Shown: positions 1 through 9,379, counted from the first letter of the stretch. The stretch: 64,000 nucleotides of DNA from Actinomycetota bacterium (GCA_036007245.1 DASYOY010000059.1:221-64220); one strand, 5' to 3'. Translations and numbers: made by a program. Notes: generated by a model not told the origin, from the sequence alone.

Positions 1-329
1 TCCGCCCCTACGACGCCGACGCACTTCTGCTCAAAGGCACCTCGTTGACCGCGCTCGGCTGGACCGACGAGGCGGAACGGGTGCTCCTCGAAGGTCGCGA
101 CGAGGCAGAGAAGCTCGGCTTCGCACCCATCACGTGGCGCATCGATATGGCGCTGTACGACATCGCCTCGGCAGCTGGTGACCAGGAGCGCGCGGCCGAG
201 TTCCGCGAACGTGCAAAGGCCATCGTCGAACGGCTCACCGCGACCATCGACGAGGAGCCGCTCCGCGCAACCTTCCTGGCGTCGCCGGACGTTCAGGCGG
301 TCACGTCGGACGGTACGCTCGCGCCGTGA
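1..329 (+). CDS. 3' fragment of a gene that starts upstream of the window (alpha-helical, TPR-like C-terminal domain); its stop overlaps the next start as GTGA
   Basis: The reading frame is open from base 3 to a TGA at 327-329. The sequence is helical and Ala/Glu/Arg-rich. The stop is translationally coupled to the GTG at 326. Confidence 0.45.
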   Translation, partial: RPYDADALLLKGTSLTALGWTDEAERVLLEGRDEAEKLGFAPITWRIDMALYDIASAAGDQERAAEFRERAKAIVERLTATIDEEPLRATFLASPDVQAVTSDGTLAP

Positions 330-1540
330 CCGGGGAGCTCCCGCTCGAACAAGCTGCGGATCGGGCAGGGGTCGAGCCCGCCTACCTGCAGCGCTTGCGG
401 GACCTCGGCATCATCCCCGGAACCGGCACCGTGTTCTCGGAGGGCGACGTGCGCCGGGCGATCACCACACGATCGCTGGAGAACGCCGGGATCTCGGTCG
501 ACGTGTTCGCGGAAGCGATGCAGAGCGGTGCACTCAACCTCGACTTCCTCGACTCCGAGGCGTACGAGCGGTTCTCCGGCCTCTGCGACGAGACGTTCCA
601 ACAGGTGAGCGACCGAACGAGCATCCCGGTCGAACTCCTCATGCTGATCCGGGAGTCGATCGGGATGGCGCAGCCGTCGCCCGACGACCGGATGCGCGAG
701 GACGAACTCGGCGTCGTCCCGTTCCTGGAACTCCAGGTACACACAGGGTTCAGGACGCCGGCGATCGACCGGCTGATGCGAGTGGCGGGCGATGCCACGC
801 GCCGGATCGCCGAGCAGGAGGCAGCGTGGTGGCGATCCGAGGTGATCGAACCGGGGATGGCCGCGGGCAAAGGCGTCGACGAGATCGGGAACCCCGAGTT
901 GTCGAACACGATCTCGCCGCTCGCTGAACAAGCGCTGTTGTCGATCTATCACGCGCAACAAGCGCGCGAGTGGACGGCCAACATCATCGGCGGGTTCGAG
1001 CAGCTGCTGGCGAAGGCTGGCATCCACAGCATGCTCGAGCGGCCGCCCGCGATCTGCTTCCTCGACATCACCGGATACACGCGGCTGACGCAGGAGATGG
1101 GCGACGACGCCGCGGCCGAACTCGCGGCGACCGTCGCACGCCTCGTCCAGCGGAACTCCGCGCAACATGGCGGCAAGACGATCAAATGGCTCGGTGACGG
1201 CGTGATGTTCTACTTCGCCCACCCCGGACCGGGCGTGCGGGCCGCGCTCCAGATGGCGGAGGCGATCCCGGCCGCCGGGCTTCCGCCCGTCCACGTCGGC
1301 ATGTCGTGCGGCCCGGTGCTGTTCCAAGAAGGCGACTACTTCGGCCAGACGGTGAACCTGTCCGCGCGGATCGCCGACTACGCCAGGCCGGGCGAGGTGC
1401 TCGTCACCCGGTCCGTGGTCGACGCGTCAGATGAGGCCGACATCGGGTTCCGCGAGATCGGTCCGGTCGACCTAAAGGGCGTCGCCGGCTCGACCGAGTT
1501 GCTGCTCGCCCACTTGGACCGACGCGTTACGCCGCGGTGA
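326..1540 (+). CDS. MerR-type HTH domain fused to a class III adenylate/guanylate cyclase domain
   Basis: The N-terminus has an HTH-like stretch (LEQAADRAGVEPAYLQRLRDLGII). The C-terminus has the cyclase motifs ICFLDITGYTRLT and KWLGDGVMFYFAHP. GC3 is high, consistent with a real gene. Confidence 0.8.
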   Translation: MTGELPLEQAADRAGVEPAYLQRLRDLGIIPGTGTVFSEGDVRRAITTRSLENAGISVDVFAEAMQSGALNLDFLDSEAYERFSGLCDETFQQVSDRTSIPVELLMLIRESIGMAQPSPDDRMREDELGVVPFLELQVHTGFRTPAIDRLMRVAGDATRRIAEQEAAWWRSEVIEPGMAAGKGVDEIGNPELSNTISPLAEQALLSIYHAQQAREWTANIIGGFEQLLAKAGIHSMLERPPAICFLDITGYTRLTQEMGDDAAAELAATVARLVQRNSAQHGGKTIKWLGDGVMFYFAHPGPGVRAALQMAEAIPAAGLPPVHVGMSCGPVLFQEGDYFGQTVNLSARIADYARPGEVLVTRSVVDASDEADIGFREIGPVDLKGVAGSTELLLAHLDRRVTPR

Positions 1541-1928
1541 GCACGTCGACGACCGGCAGATCGAACGCCTGTCGCGCACGCGCCGCGACCCGCAACCGGC
1601 GGCGGTGAGGCCGTTCGCGCACCGCGAGCACGATCGCGTCGTAGTCGGTAGTCCGCAACGCATCCTCGATCGCAAGGATCGGATCGACATCGCCGACCTC
1701 ACCGTTGGCGCCGGGATCGACCTCACGCATCCACTCGAGCCCGTTCACCAATCGTCTGCGGGCGATGAGATGTGCCTCACTCTCATCCCACGCGAGACGC
1801 CGCCGATCCGGGATGGTCGGCACGACGAGATAGAACGTCGGCCGCTCGTCGCCGAGCTGGTTCCGCAGGAAGTCCTTCAGCTGGTTCGAACCCACCATCA
1901 GGTCCGACACCACGAGATATCTGTTCAT
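1527..1928 (-). CDS. hypothetical protein (133 aa), alpha/beta Rossmann-like (USP-like?) fold suspected
   Basis: The ORF starts at an ATG (MNRYLVVSD...) preceded by a GGGGGA Shine-Dalgarno-like sequence. It overlaps the 3' end of the cyclase gene by 14 nt, convergently. I recognise no motif. Confidence 0.4.
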   Translation of the reverse strand: MNRYLVVSDLMVGSNQLKDFLRNQLGDERPTFYLVVPTIPDRRRLAWDESEAHLIARRRLVNGLEWMREVDPGANGEVGDVDPILAIEDALRTTDYDAIVLAVRERPHRRRLRVAARARQAFDLPVVDVLTAA

Positions 1929-2003
1929 GACCTGTCCCCCCATCAACTTGGAAGGGAGTACGGGTCGGTCACCGCATCGGTTCAGCGACGCGTGTTCGAT
2001 CGA

Positions 2004-2825
2004 TCAGATCGCGCGGCGGTACGTGCGAACGCCGAGCGGCACGAAGATCACCAGTACCACCGTGCACCAGAACAGCGCCCAGAACACGTAGTGCGCCGTC
2101 GGCCCACCGAGGACCAACGCACGGGTAGCCAACACCACCGACGACACAGGCTGGTTGCGCGCCCACGGCTGCAGCCACCCCGGCATGCTGTCGGCGGTCA
2201 CGAACGCGACCGACGCGAACACCAGCGGCGCCAGGATCGGGAACGCAGCCGCTTGCGCCGTCTCCGGGTCCTTCACCGCGAGCCCGAGGGTCGCGAAGAT
2301 CCACGAGAGCGCGAAACCGAAGTACACGACCAGCGCCATCGAGGCCAGCAGGCCGAACACGTTGGTGTGCACCCGGAACCCGACGAGCGTGCCCACGATG
2401 AGCATGAGGATCACGACGAAGATGTTCCGCGCCATGTCGGCGCCGGTTCGGCCGACGAGCACCGATGAACGCGTGACCGGCAGCGACGCGAACCGCTCGA
2501 GCAGACCGCTCTTCAGGTCGGTCGCGAGGCCGACGCCGGCAGCGAGCGATCCGAACACGACGGTCTGCACGAAGATGCCGGGCATCAGGTAATCGACGTA
2601 GCTCATGCCCGGGGGCAGCGAGCCCTTGATCGCGCCTCCGAACACGTAGGTGAACATCAGCACGAAGATGATCGGCTGGATCGTCGAGAAGACCAGCAGC
2701 TGCGGCACGCGCTTGTACGCGATCAGGTTGCGCCCGATCATCGCGCGCCCGTCGTTGAACTCCTTCGCGATCGCCGAACGATCGGCGACCGGCAGGCGGC
2801 CGGTTGTGGCGGTGATCGCGCTCAT
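2004..2825 (-). CDS. ABC-2 type transporter permease (DrrB-like)
   Basis: There are six predicted TM segments and an ABC-2 permease-like sequence. The start overlaps the ATPase stop by 4 nt. Confidence 0.85.
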   Translation of the reverse strand: MSAITATTGRLPVADRSAIAKEFNDGRAMIGRNLIAYKRVPQLLVFSTIQPIIFVLMFTYVFGGAIKGSLPPGMSYVDYLMPGIFVQTVVFGSLAAGVGLATDLKSGLLERFASLPVTRSSVLVGRTGADMARNIFVVILMLIVGTLVGFRVHTNVFGLLASMALVVYFGFALSWIFATLGLAVKDPETAQAAAFPILAPLVFASVAFVTADSMPGWLQPWARNQPVSSVVLATRALVLGGPTAHYVFWALFWCTVVLVIFVPLGVRTYRRAI

Positions 2826-3838
2826 GAGGCCCTCCTGTTCCTGCGGCCCTTCGGTTTCCCGTTCCCCTGACCGTTATCGAGCGACTGCTCCTCTTCGGCG
2901 GCATGACCAGTGAGCGAGAGGAACACGTCATCGAGCGAGGGCTCGCGGAGCGCGACCGCGGTCGGCTGCACGCCCTCGTCGTCGAGTCGCCGAAGCATCT
3001 GGGTCAACAGGTGCGAGCCATCGGGGGACGGCATCCGAAGAAGCGCGCCTTGGCGCTCGGGCTCACTCCCGATCACGGCACCGACCAACGATGCGGCCTT
3101 GTCGACGTCGCTGCCCTCGCCCATCGTCAGCTCGATCACCGTGCCGCCGAGGTTCTTCTTGAGCTGACCGGCGGTACCTTGCGCGATGATTCTCCCGTGG
3201 TCGATCACCACGAGGTCGTCGGCGAGCTGATCCGCTTCCTCTAGGTATTGGGTAGTGAGGATGACCGTCGTACCCTCCTGCACCAGGTTGCGGATCGTGT
3301 TCCACAGCTCTTGCCGGCTCTGCAGGTCGAGCCCGGTGGTCGGCTCATCGAGGAAGAGCACCGGCGGCTTCTGGACAAGCGAGGCAGCGACATCGAGGCG
3401 CCGGCGCATCCCGCCGGAGTAGGTGCGCACCGGCCGGTCCCCGGCGTCGACCAGGTCGAAGCTCTTGAGGAGCTCGTCCGCGCGAGGCGGGATGAACGCG
3501 GGCTCGACCTGCGCGAGCCGGCCCATGAGCCGGAGGTTCTCGCGTCCGGTCAGGTTGGGGTCGACCGCCGCGTATTGGCCCGCGAGGCCGATGCGCATCC
3601 GGACCTCATGGGCATCCTTCACGACGTCGAAGCCCAGCACCTCCGCCGAGCCGGCGTCGGGCTTGTGGACGGTCGCGAGGATCCGAACCGCCGTCGTCTT
3701 GCCGGCGCCGTTCGGGCCGAGCAGTCCGAAGATCGTGCCCTCGGGGATCTCGAAGTCGATCCCCGCGAGCGCCTGCACCTCGCCGAACCTCTTGGTGAGA
3801 CCCGTGACGCGAACCGCTGTCGTTGGCATGACCAGCAT
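2822..3838 (-). CDS. ABC transporter ATP-binding protein (DrrA/daunorubicin-resistance type)
   Basis: It has the Walker A motif GPNGAGKTT, the LSGGMRRRL signature, a Walker B motif (LFLDEPTTGLD) and a C-terminal DrrA-like domain. Confidence 0.9.
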   Translation of the reverse strand: MLVMPTTAVRVTGLTKRFGEVQALAGIDFEIPEGTIFGLLGPNGAGKTTAVRILATVHKPDAGSAEVLGFDVVKDAHEVRMRIGLAGQYAAVDPNLTGRENLRLMGRLAQVEPAFIPPRADELLKSFDLVDAGDRPVRTYSGGMRRRLDVAASLVQKPPVLFLDEPTTGLDLQSRQELWNTIRNLVQEGTTVILTTQYLEEADQLADDLVVIDHGRIIAQGTAGQLKKNLGGTVIELTMGEGSDVDKAASLVGAVIGSEPERQGALLRMPSPDGSHLLTQMLRRLDDEGVQPTAVALREPSLDDVFLSLTGHAAEEEQSLDNGQGNGKPKGRRNRRAS

Positions 3839-3887
3839 GTTCCCACCGTGTTGCGGGGACGCCTACCGAGTTCGGCTCGTACTATGA

Positions 3888-4757
3888 CTATGGAAGGAGC
3901 GCTCGAGGGATCCGCTGCGGCGACTCGCGCTCCGCCTCACTCCAGGCTCGCGGGCCTTTCCGATCGAGCAGCTTGGGCACCGTCGCGACGGTGAACGCGC
4001 TCGGGTCCGTCTTCTTCAGCTCACCAGGAACGACGGGGAACGACACGGTGGCCTCGTCGCGCGCCCGCGGCGAGTACGGCGCCACCACCGTCGCGCCGGT
4101 CGAGTTGCGCGAGGGGTCGAGCATCACCTTGCCTCCCCGATCGGCCTTGCGGAACTCAGCGGTCACGAGGTCGGGACGGCGTTCCTGCACGATCTCGGTG
4201 AGCCGGTTCGCCGCATGGCGGAGCTCGTCGGCCGACACCCGCCGTTGGATCGGAGCCACGATGTGGAGCCCCTTGCCGCCAGTCGTCTTGACCAGCGTGC
4301 GCAGGCCCAGCTCGTCCGTCACCTCAAGCACCAGCAGCGCCACCTCGACCGCCGCGTCGAACGCGTCGTCGGGCGGATCGATGTCGACGGTCAGCGTATC
4401 CGGCTGCTCGACCTTGTCGCGGCGCACCGGCGCCGGATGGAACTCAAGCGCCGCCTGGTTCCCGAGCCAGGCGAGCGTCGCGGCGTCGTTGCAGACCGTG
4501 TATGCGACATCGCGTCGAACCGCCGGGATCGTGACCGTCTTGATCCAGGACGGCGCGTACTTGGGCGTGTCCTTCTGGTAGTACCGCTCCCCCGTCACAC
4601 CGTCGGGCGCACGCACCAGCGATAACGGGCGATCACGGAGCCACGGCAACATCCGCTCGCCGACCGCAGCGAGATAGTCCACGTAGCGCTGCTTGGTGAT
4701 CTCAAGCGCCGGCCACAGCAGCTTGTCGGGGTTCGTGATCTTGACGTCGGGCGTCAC
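3888..4757 (-). CDS. NHEJ LigD polymerase/primase domain protein (stand-alone PolDom)
   Basis: The motifs KLLWP, YYQKDTPKYAPSWIKT and LAWLGNQAALEFH are typical of the LigD Pol domain. The GTG start overlaps the TGA of the ligase gene (GTGA). The track ORF is over-extended at its 5' end. Confidence 0.8.
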   Translation of the reverse strand: MTPDVKITNPDKLLWPALEITKQRYVDYLAAVGERMLPWLRDRPLSLVRAPDGVTGERYYQKDTPKYAPSWIKTVTIPAVRRDVAYTVCNDAATLAWLGNQAALEFHPAPVRRDKVEQPDTLTVDIDPPDDAFDAAVEVALLVLEVTDELGLRTLVKTTGGKGLHIVAPIQRRVSADELRHAANRLTEIVQERRPDLVTAEFRKADRGGKVMLDPSRNSTGATVVAPYSPRARDEATVSFPVVPGELKKTDPSAFTVATVPKLLDRKGPRAWSEAERESPQRIPRALLP

Positions 4758-5803
4758 CGCGGCCGCTCCCGCACGACCTGATCGGCCGACTTGTCGTTGC
4801 GCAGCCCGAGGTAGCGCGGGTGCCGAAGCTTCCCGTCCGGGGTCCATTCCGCGAACCCGACCTCGGCGACCAGCTCCGGCCGCACCCAATGCACGCCCTT
4901 CATCGCGATCCCTTTCGTGTCGGCGAGCGGCGAGGTCTGCCGTTCCAGCCGGCGGAGCTTCGTGCTCAGCCGTTCGAGCTCGCGCTCGTTGAACCCGGTC
5001 CCGACCTTCCCGCCGAACCACAACGCGCCATCGTCGTGGTACCCGACGAGCAGCGCGCCCAAGCCCTCGCGCGACCCGCGCGGCTCGGTCCATCCGATCA
5101 CGATGAACTCCTGCTCGTTGCTGCACTTGAACTTGAGCCAATCCTTCGACCGCGCGTGCGTGTACGGCGAGGCGGCACGCTTGGCGACGAGCCCCTCCCA
5201 CCCTTTCTCGCAGGCGGCCCGATAGGCGGCCTCGCCCTCCTCGTCGAGATGCTCGGAGAACCGGAGCGGATCGGCGAACGTCAGTGCCTCTCGCAGGACT
5301 GCTTTCCTCGCAACCAAGGGCAACGCCGACAGGTCGTATCCGTCGAACCAGATCAGATCGAACAGATAGAAGTAGACGGGGACCGCGGCGACGTTCGCCG
5401 AGTTGGGCCGGGCGTTCTGCATCCGGCCCTGGAGCTTCGAGAACGAGGTCACGTCGCCATCGAAGGCCACGATCTCGCCGTCGGCGATCAGCGGCGCGGT
5501 GTCGTCGCGCAGGATCGCCGCGGAAAGGTCAGGATAGTGAGATGTGCGGTCCTTCTCGTTCCGTGTGATCAGACGGACCGTGTCACCGCGCCGCCACAGG
5601 AGCGACCGCTGGCCATCGAGCTTCGGCTCGTACACCCAATCCGGATCCGAGAAGACCTGCTTGGTCAGCGTCGCGAGCATCGGCTGCGTGAACGAGGGCA
5701 TCGCGCCGCGCTTCAGCTTCTTCCGATCAGCAGGGCCGAGCTTCTCGAGTGCTGTATCCACGATGCGAAAGGCTAATCTGCCGCCGCGCGTGTGAACCGC
5801 CAC
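4754..5803 (-). CDS. ligD: ATP-dependent DNA ligase (LigD ligase domain)
   Basis: It carries the adenylation motif EPKLDGQR and a ligase OB-fold C-terminus (EGLVAKR, KDWLKFK). Confidence 0.9.
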   Translation of the reverse strand: MAVHTRGGRLAFRIVDTALEKLGPADRKKLKRGAMPSFTQPMLATLTKQVFSDPDWVYEPKLDGQRSLLWRRGDTVRLITRNEKDRTSHYPDLSAAILRDDTAPLIADGEIVAFDGDVTSFSKLQGRMQNARPNSANVAAVPVYFYLFDLIWFDGYDLSALPLVARKAVLREALTFADPLRFSEHLDEEGEAAYRAACEKGWEGLVAKRAASPYTHARSKDWLKFKCSNEQEFIVIGWTEPRGSREGLGALLVGYHDDGALWFGGKVGTGFNERELERLSTKLRRLERQTSPLADTKGIAMKGVHWVRPELVAEVGFAEWTPDGKLRHPRYLGLRNDKSADQVVRERPR

Positions 5804-6031
5804 TCAGGGGTACCGATCGCGTCGGTGACCGCCTCCGGTTCGCTCCTTCTTGGTGACGATGAACGGCTCAACGGAGACCGTGGCGCCGACCGATGAGCAG
5901 GGGTCGAACATTCGACGCCCACACCGACAACTTCAGCTGAGCCGAGCCAGAGCGCCGGAAGGCACCCCCCTCCGCGGGCATGCCTGCACCCCTTCCGTCC
6001 CCTGCCTTCTGGGGCCATCATCGAGGCGGAT

Positions 6032-8086
6032 ATGAGGGTCCGGAACCCATCGAGGGTCGCCGCCTGGATCGGCGCCAGTGCGATCGTGCTGATGACCGCC
6101 GGGCTGATCCTGATGTTTGCCGATCGTGCCGCGGTCCTGCCGACGAGCGCCAGCTCGTGGGACTGGAGCTACGCCAACGGTCTCTCCATCATCGCCAACA
6201 TCGTCGGCATCTCGATCGGGACCGTCGTTGCCGCCAAGCGCCCGGACAACCGGGTCGGGTGGTTCTTCATGGCCGCCGGCATCACGCTGGGCATCAGCGG
6301 CTTCGGCAACGCGTATGCGATACACGCGTTGCTCGTCGACCCGGGCTCGTGGCCGGGCGGCCAGTTCGCCGCGTGGATCGCCGCGTGGACTGGCTTCATC
6401 CCGATCTTCATGCTCACGTTCCTGTTCCTCCTGTTCCCCACCGGCGAGATCCGTTCGCCGCGGTGGCGGCCGATCTGGTGGCTCCTGGTCGTCTCGACCA
6501 TCGTGGGGACGAGCGCCGGCATCTACTACTCGAGCACGACCTGGAGCGACCCGTTCCCACAACAGGGCTCGGTTGCGCAACCGGGATCCATCCTCTTCTT
6601 CGTCTTCCTGTTCTTGGTGCCGCTCGTCGCGTCGTTGATCGCATCGCTGGCAGCGGTGATCGTGCGGGCGATCTACTCGGTTGGCGACGAGCGCCTGCAG
6701 ATCAAGTGGTTCGCGACAGGTGCGGCGTTCGTCGTGCTGACGTTCCTGATCAACTTCACCCAAGGCGAGGTCACGCCGGTCTGGATCTCGGTGGTCCAGA
6801 GCGTGGCGTTCATCTTCCTGTTCTCCACGATCGCGATCGCGGTCCTGAAATACCGCCTATACGAGATCGACGTCGTGATCAACCGGGCGGTTGTGTACGG
6901 ATCGCTCGCCGTATTCATCACGCTGATCTACGCGGCGATCGTGGTCGGCGTGGGCACGCTGGTCGGGGGGCAGAGCAGCAAGTTCCTCGCGGCGGTCGCC
7001 GCGGCGGTGATCGCGATCGCGTTCCAACCGGTGCGGGAGCGGAGTCGGCGCTTCGCGAACCGGCTGGTGTACGGCAAGCGCGCGACGCCGTACGAGGTGT
7101 TGTCGGACTTCGCCGAGCGAGTCGCGGGGACATATGCGGTCGACGACGTTTTGCCGAGGACCGCGCACATCCTGGCGGAGGGGATGGGCGCCCGAAGCGC
7201 CGACGTATGGGTCAAGGTTGGGTCTGAGCTCCGAACAGCGGGCTCGTGGCCCTCGGCATCAGTCTCGCGCGTGTCGATCACCGATGACGTCATCGTTCCG
7301 GGTGCGAGCGCGACCGCGCCCGTTCGCTACCAAGGCGAGCTGCTGGGTGCGCTGTCGGTGACCATGGCGCCGGGCGAGGCGCTGACCTCCGCCGACGAGA
7401 AGCTGCTCGAGGACGTCGCCTCGCAGGCAGGCTTGGTCCTCAGGAACGTCGGGCTCATCGAAGAGCTCCGCGCATCGCGCCAACGGCTCGTCAACGCCCA
7501 GGACGAGGAACGCCGCAAGATCGAGCGCAACATCCACGACGGCGTGCAACAGCAGTTGGTGGCCTTGAACGTGCAAGCCGGGCTGCTCGCGCGGGTTGGG
7601 AGCAGCGACCCGTCGAAGGTCGTCGACATGGCCGAGCAGCTCCAGACCCGAGCGAGCGAAGCCTTGGACGACCTCCGCGACCTCGCCCGCGGGATCTACC
7701 CACCGCTGTTGGCGGACAAGGGGCTGGGCGCCGCGTTGGAGGCCCAAGCGCGGAAGTCGGTCGTGCCGGTCTCGGTCGAGACCGATGGGATCGGGCGATA
7801 CGAGCAGCCCGTCGAAGCAGCCGTCTACTTCTGCACGCTCGAGGCGTTGAACAACGTCGCCAAGTACGCGCAGGCGTCCAACGCGCAGGTCACGGTCCGG
7901 CAGGACAACGGCGACCTCAGGTTCACCGTCACCGACAACGGATCGGGGTTCGACACGGCCACGACGACGTACGGCACGGGCCTGCAGGGCATGGCCGACC
8001 GGCTCGACGCGATCGGCGGCACGCTGCACATCACGAGCACACCCGGCGCGGGAACATCGGTGTCCGGTTCGGTTCCGGTCGGCTGA
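6032..8086 (+). CDS. sensor histidine kinase (multi-TM N-terminus, GAF-like region, HisKA_3 and HATPase_c domains; NarL/LuxR-partner type)
   Basis: There are 6-8 TM helices. The H-box is ERRKIERNIHDGVQQQL (HisKA_3). The ATPase N/G boxes are LNNVAKYA and DNGSGF/GTGLQGM. Confidence 0.85.
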   Translation: MRVRNPSRVAAWIGASAIVLMTAGLILMFADRAAVLPTSASSWDWSYANGLSIIANIVGISIGTVVAAKRPDNRVGWFFMAAGITLGISGFGNAYAIHALLVDPGSWPGGQFAAWIAAWTGFIPIFMLTFLFLLFPTGEIRSPRWRPIWWLLVVSTIVGTSAGIYYSSTTWSDPFPQQGSVAQPGSILFFVFLFLVPLVASLIASLAAVIVRAIYSVGDERLQIKWFATGAAFVVLTFLINFTQGEVTPVWISVVQSVAFIFLFSTIAIAVLKYRLYEIDVVINRAVVYGSLAVFITLIYAAIVVGVGTLVGGQSSKFLAAVAAAVIAIAFQPVRERSRRFANRLVYGKRATPYEVLSDFAERVAGTYAVDDVLPRTAHILAEGMGARSADVWVKVGSELRTAGSWPSASVSRVSITDDVIVPGASATAPVRYQGELLGALSVTMAPGEALTSADEKLLEDVASQAGLVLRNVGLIEELRASRQRLVNAQDEERRKIERNIHDGVQQQLVALNVQAGLLARVGSSDPSKVVDMAEQLQTRASEALDDLRDLARGIYPPLLADKGLGAALEAQARKSVVPVSVETDGIGRYEQPVEAAVYFCTLEALNNVAKYAQASNAQVTVRQDNGDLRFTVTDNGSGFDTATTTYGTGLQGMADRLDAIGGTLHITSTPGAGTSVSGSVPVG

Positions 8087-8109
8087 AGTGGTTGCCCCCG
8101 ACCTCTTGC

Positions 8110-8649
8110 TCAGCCGCTCGTGTACACCGTCGCAGATGGTTCGAGTTCGCCGAGACTGGTCGCCGACGTGCCCCGACGAACGAACTCCTCTCCCTGCGGC
8201 CACAACGCGACGTATTGATCTCCCGTCGGATCGTCGTACCTCAGATAGGAGACGGAGCCGATCTCGACGGCAAAGAGGTGGAACCGACCGACCTCAGGCT
8301 CCCACCCCAGCGCCGCGGACACCGCCTCGGCATAGCGGGACTGGACCGATAGGTCGCGCTCCTCGCGACAGGTCCCCCGCATCTTCACCTCTCCTGCACC
8401 GCCATCGCGGCTCGTCACGATGCTGTGCAGAAGGACACGCCCGTCACGCTTCAGGTCCAGAGCCTTGTGGGAGCCCCACAACATGGACAGCCACAGCTCG
8501 CCGTCGAGCAGGAACGGCTCCACGGGGCTGATCCGCGGGGTCCCGTCGCGCCGGATCGTCCCGACGAGCACAACGCCCGGCCCGACCAGCTTCTCTTCCG
8601 CGACACGGGCAAGCCGGGGGGCAGCGGCCTCGAACTGTTGCCACCTCAT
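8110..8649 (-). CDS. pyridoxamine 5'-phosphate oxidase family protein (F420/FMN-binding split-barrel)
   Basis: The sequence is PPOX-like (GTIRRDGTPRISPV, LHSIVTS). The start is taken at MRWQQFE. Confidence 0.75.
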   Translation of the reverse strand: MRWQQFEAAAPRLARVAEEKLVGPGVVLVGTIRRDGTPRISPVEPFLLDGELWLSMLWGSHKALDLKRDGRVLLHSIVTSRDGGAGEVKMRGTCREERDLSVQSRYAEAVSAALGWEPEVGRFHLFAVEIGSVSYLRYDDPTGDQYVALWPQGEEFVRRGTSATSLGELEPSATVYTSG

Positions 8650-8749
8650 GGATAGATGCCCCTCCCGAACGAGCCTCGCGCGACCTGCTCGCCCGATACC
8701 CAGCACGGCGTTCCGACATGCGCGAGAGAGCGTCGGACCGGCGCCAAGC

Positions 8750-9376
8750 TCAGGCGGATGCCTTCTGGTGCTGCAGGACGCTCCAGTCGAGGTCGCGGGC
8801 CGGAACCCCGAGCCTCGCAGCGACCTCGCTGAGCCCGTCGACCGCCTCGCCCTGCGTCGCGTTCCTGCCGATGGCGCCGGAGACGAACCGCAGGACGTGG
8901 ACGTCCGGTTTCACCGTGTCGACGCCCATCCGCATCGCGAGCGACCGATACACCGCCGGCCCAAGTCCCTTGATGTGCCCGACGAAGTCTTCCTGCTGTG
9001 ACTTCGTGGCCCACGTCCGGAGCCGGCGCAGGGTGGTCACGTTCCGCTCACGGAAGTACGCCACCAGCCCGCGCAGCTCCTGCGCGCGGCGCCAGTGGTG
9101 GTTCCCCCAGAGGTACTGCGCGAGCTCGTCGTTCCCGTCGCGGTCTTCGCGGAACCGCTCGAGCACCGCCTCGAGGTCGTCGAGCGTCCGGATCTCCTTG
9201 TAGTGCTCCGCGCGATAGTGATCCTCCGCTTTCTGGATCGCGGCGGCTTGGTTCTGATAGTCGAGGACGGTGTCGAACAGCGCGACGATGTAATCGGTCG
9301 CGACGAACTCGAACCTGCTCATCGCGATGCTCGAGGCCGCGTGCTCGAGCGCATCGAGCTCCGCGTCGGTCAGCAC
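8750..9376 (-). CDS. hypothetical protein (208 aa) with a C-terminal HhH-GPD-like helix-hairpin-helix motif
   Basis: IKGLGPAVYRSLAMRMGVDTVKPDVHVLRFV resembles the LPGVG...VDTHVFRV hairpin of endonuclease III. The N-terminal ~130 aa match nothing I recognise. The start is a GTG. Confidence 0.5.
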   Translation of the reverse strand: MLTDAELDALEHAASSIAMSRFEFVATDYIVALFDTVLDYQNQAAAIQKAEDHYRAEHYKEIRTLDDLEAVLERFREDRDGNDELAQYLWGNHHWRRAQELRGLVAYFRERNVTTLRRLRTWATKSQQEDFVGHIKGLGPAVYRSLAMRMGVDTVKPDVHVLRFVSGAIGRNATQGEAVDGLSEVAARLGVPARDLDWSVLQHQKASA

Positions 9377-9379
9377 GCC

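Noticed and set aside
293-1327. Long antisense ORFs lying entirely opposite strong genes. Examples: 293-1327 (-), 1969-2931 (-), 5933-6763 (-), 7259-8203 (-), 19875-21065 (-), 22020-23735 (-), 25780-26868 (-), 29981-31813 (-), 33970-35709 (+), 37890-39764 (+), 45604-46989 (-), 58374-60371 (-).
   Set aside because: A 70% GC genome with GC3-rich genes keeps the antisense and +1 frames open. The translations are Arg/Pro/Gly-rich low-complexity sequences with no motifs, whereas the opposite-strand genes have clear family signatures.
3888-5201. A 437-aa version of the LigD polymerase ORF extending over the ligase gene.
   Set aside because: The N-terminal 150 residues are low-complexity and overlap the ligase in another frame. 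A GTG at 4757 is coupled to the ligase stop and gives the canonical ~290-aa PolDom.
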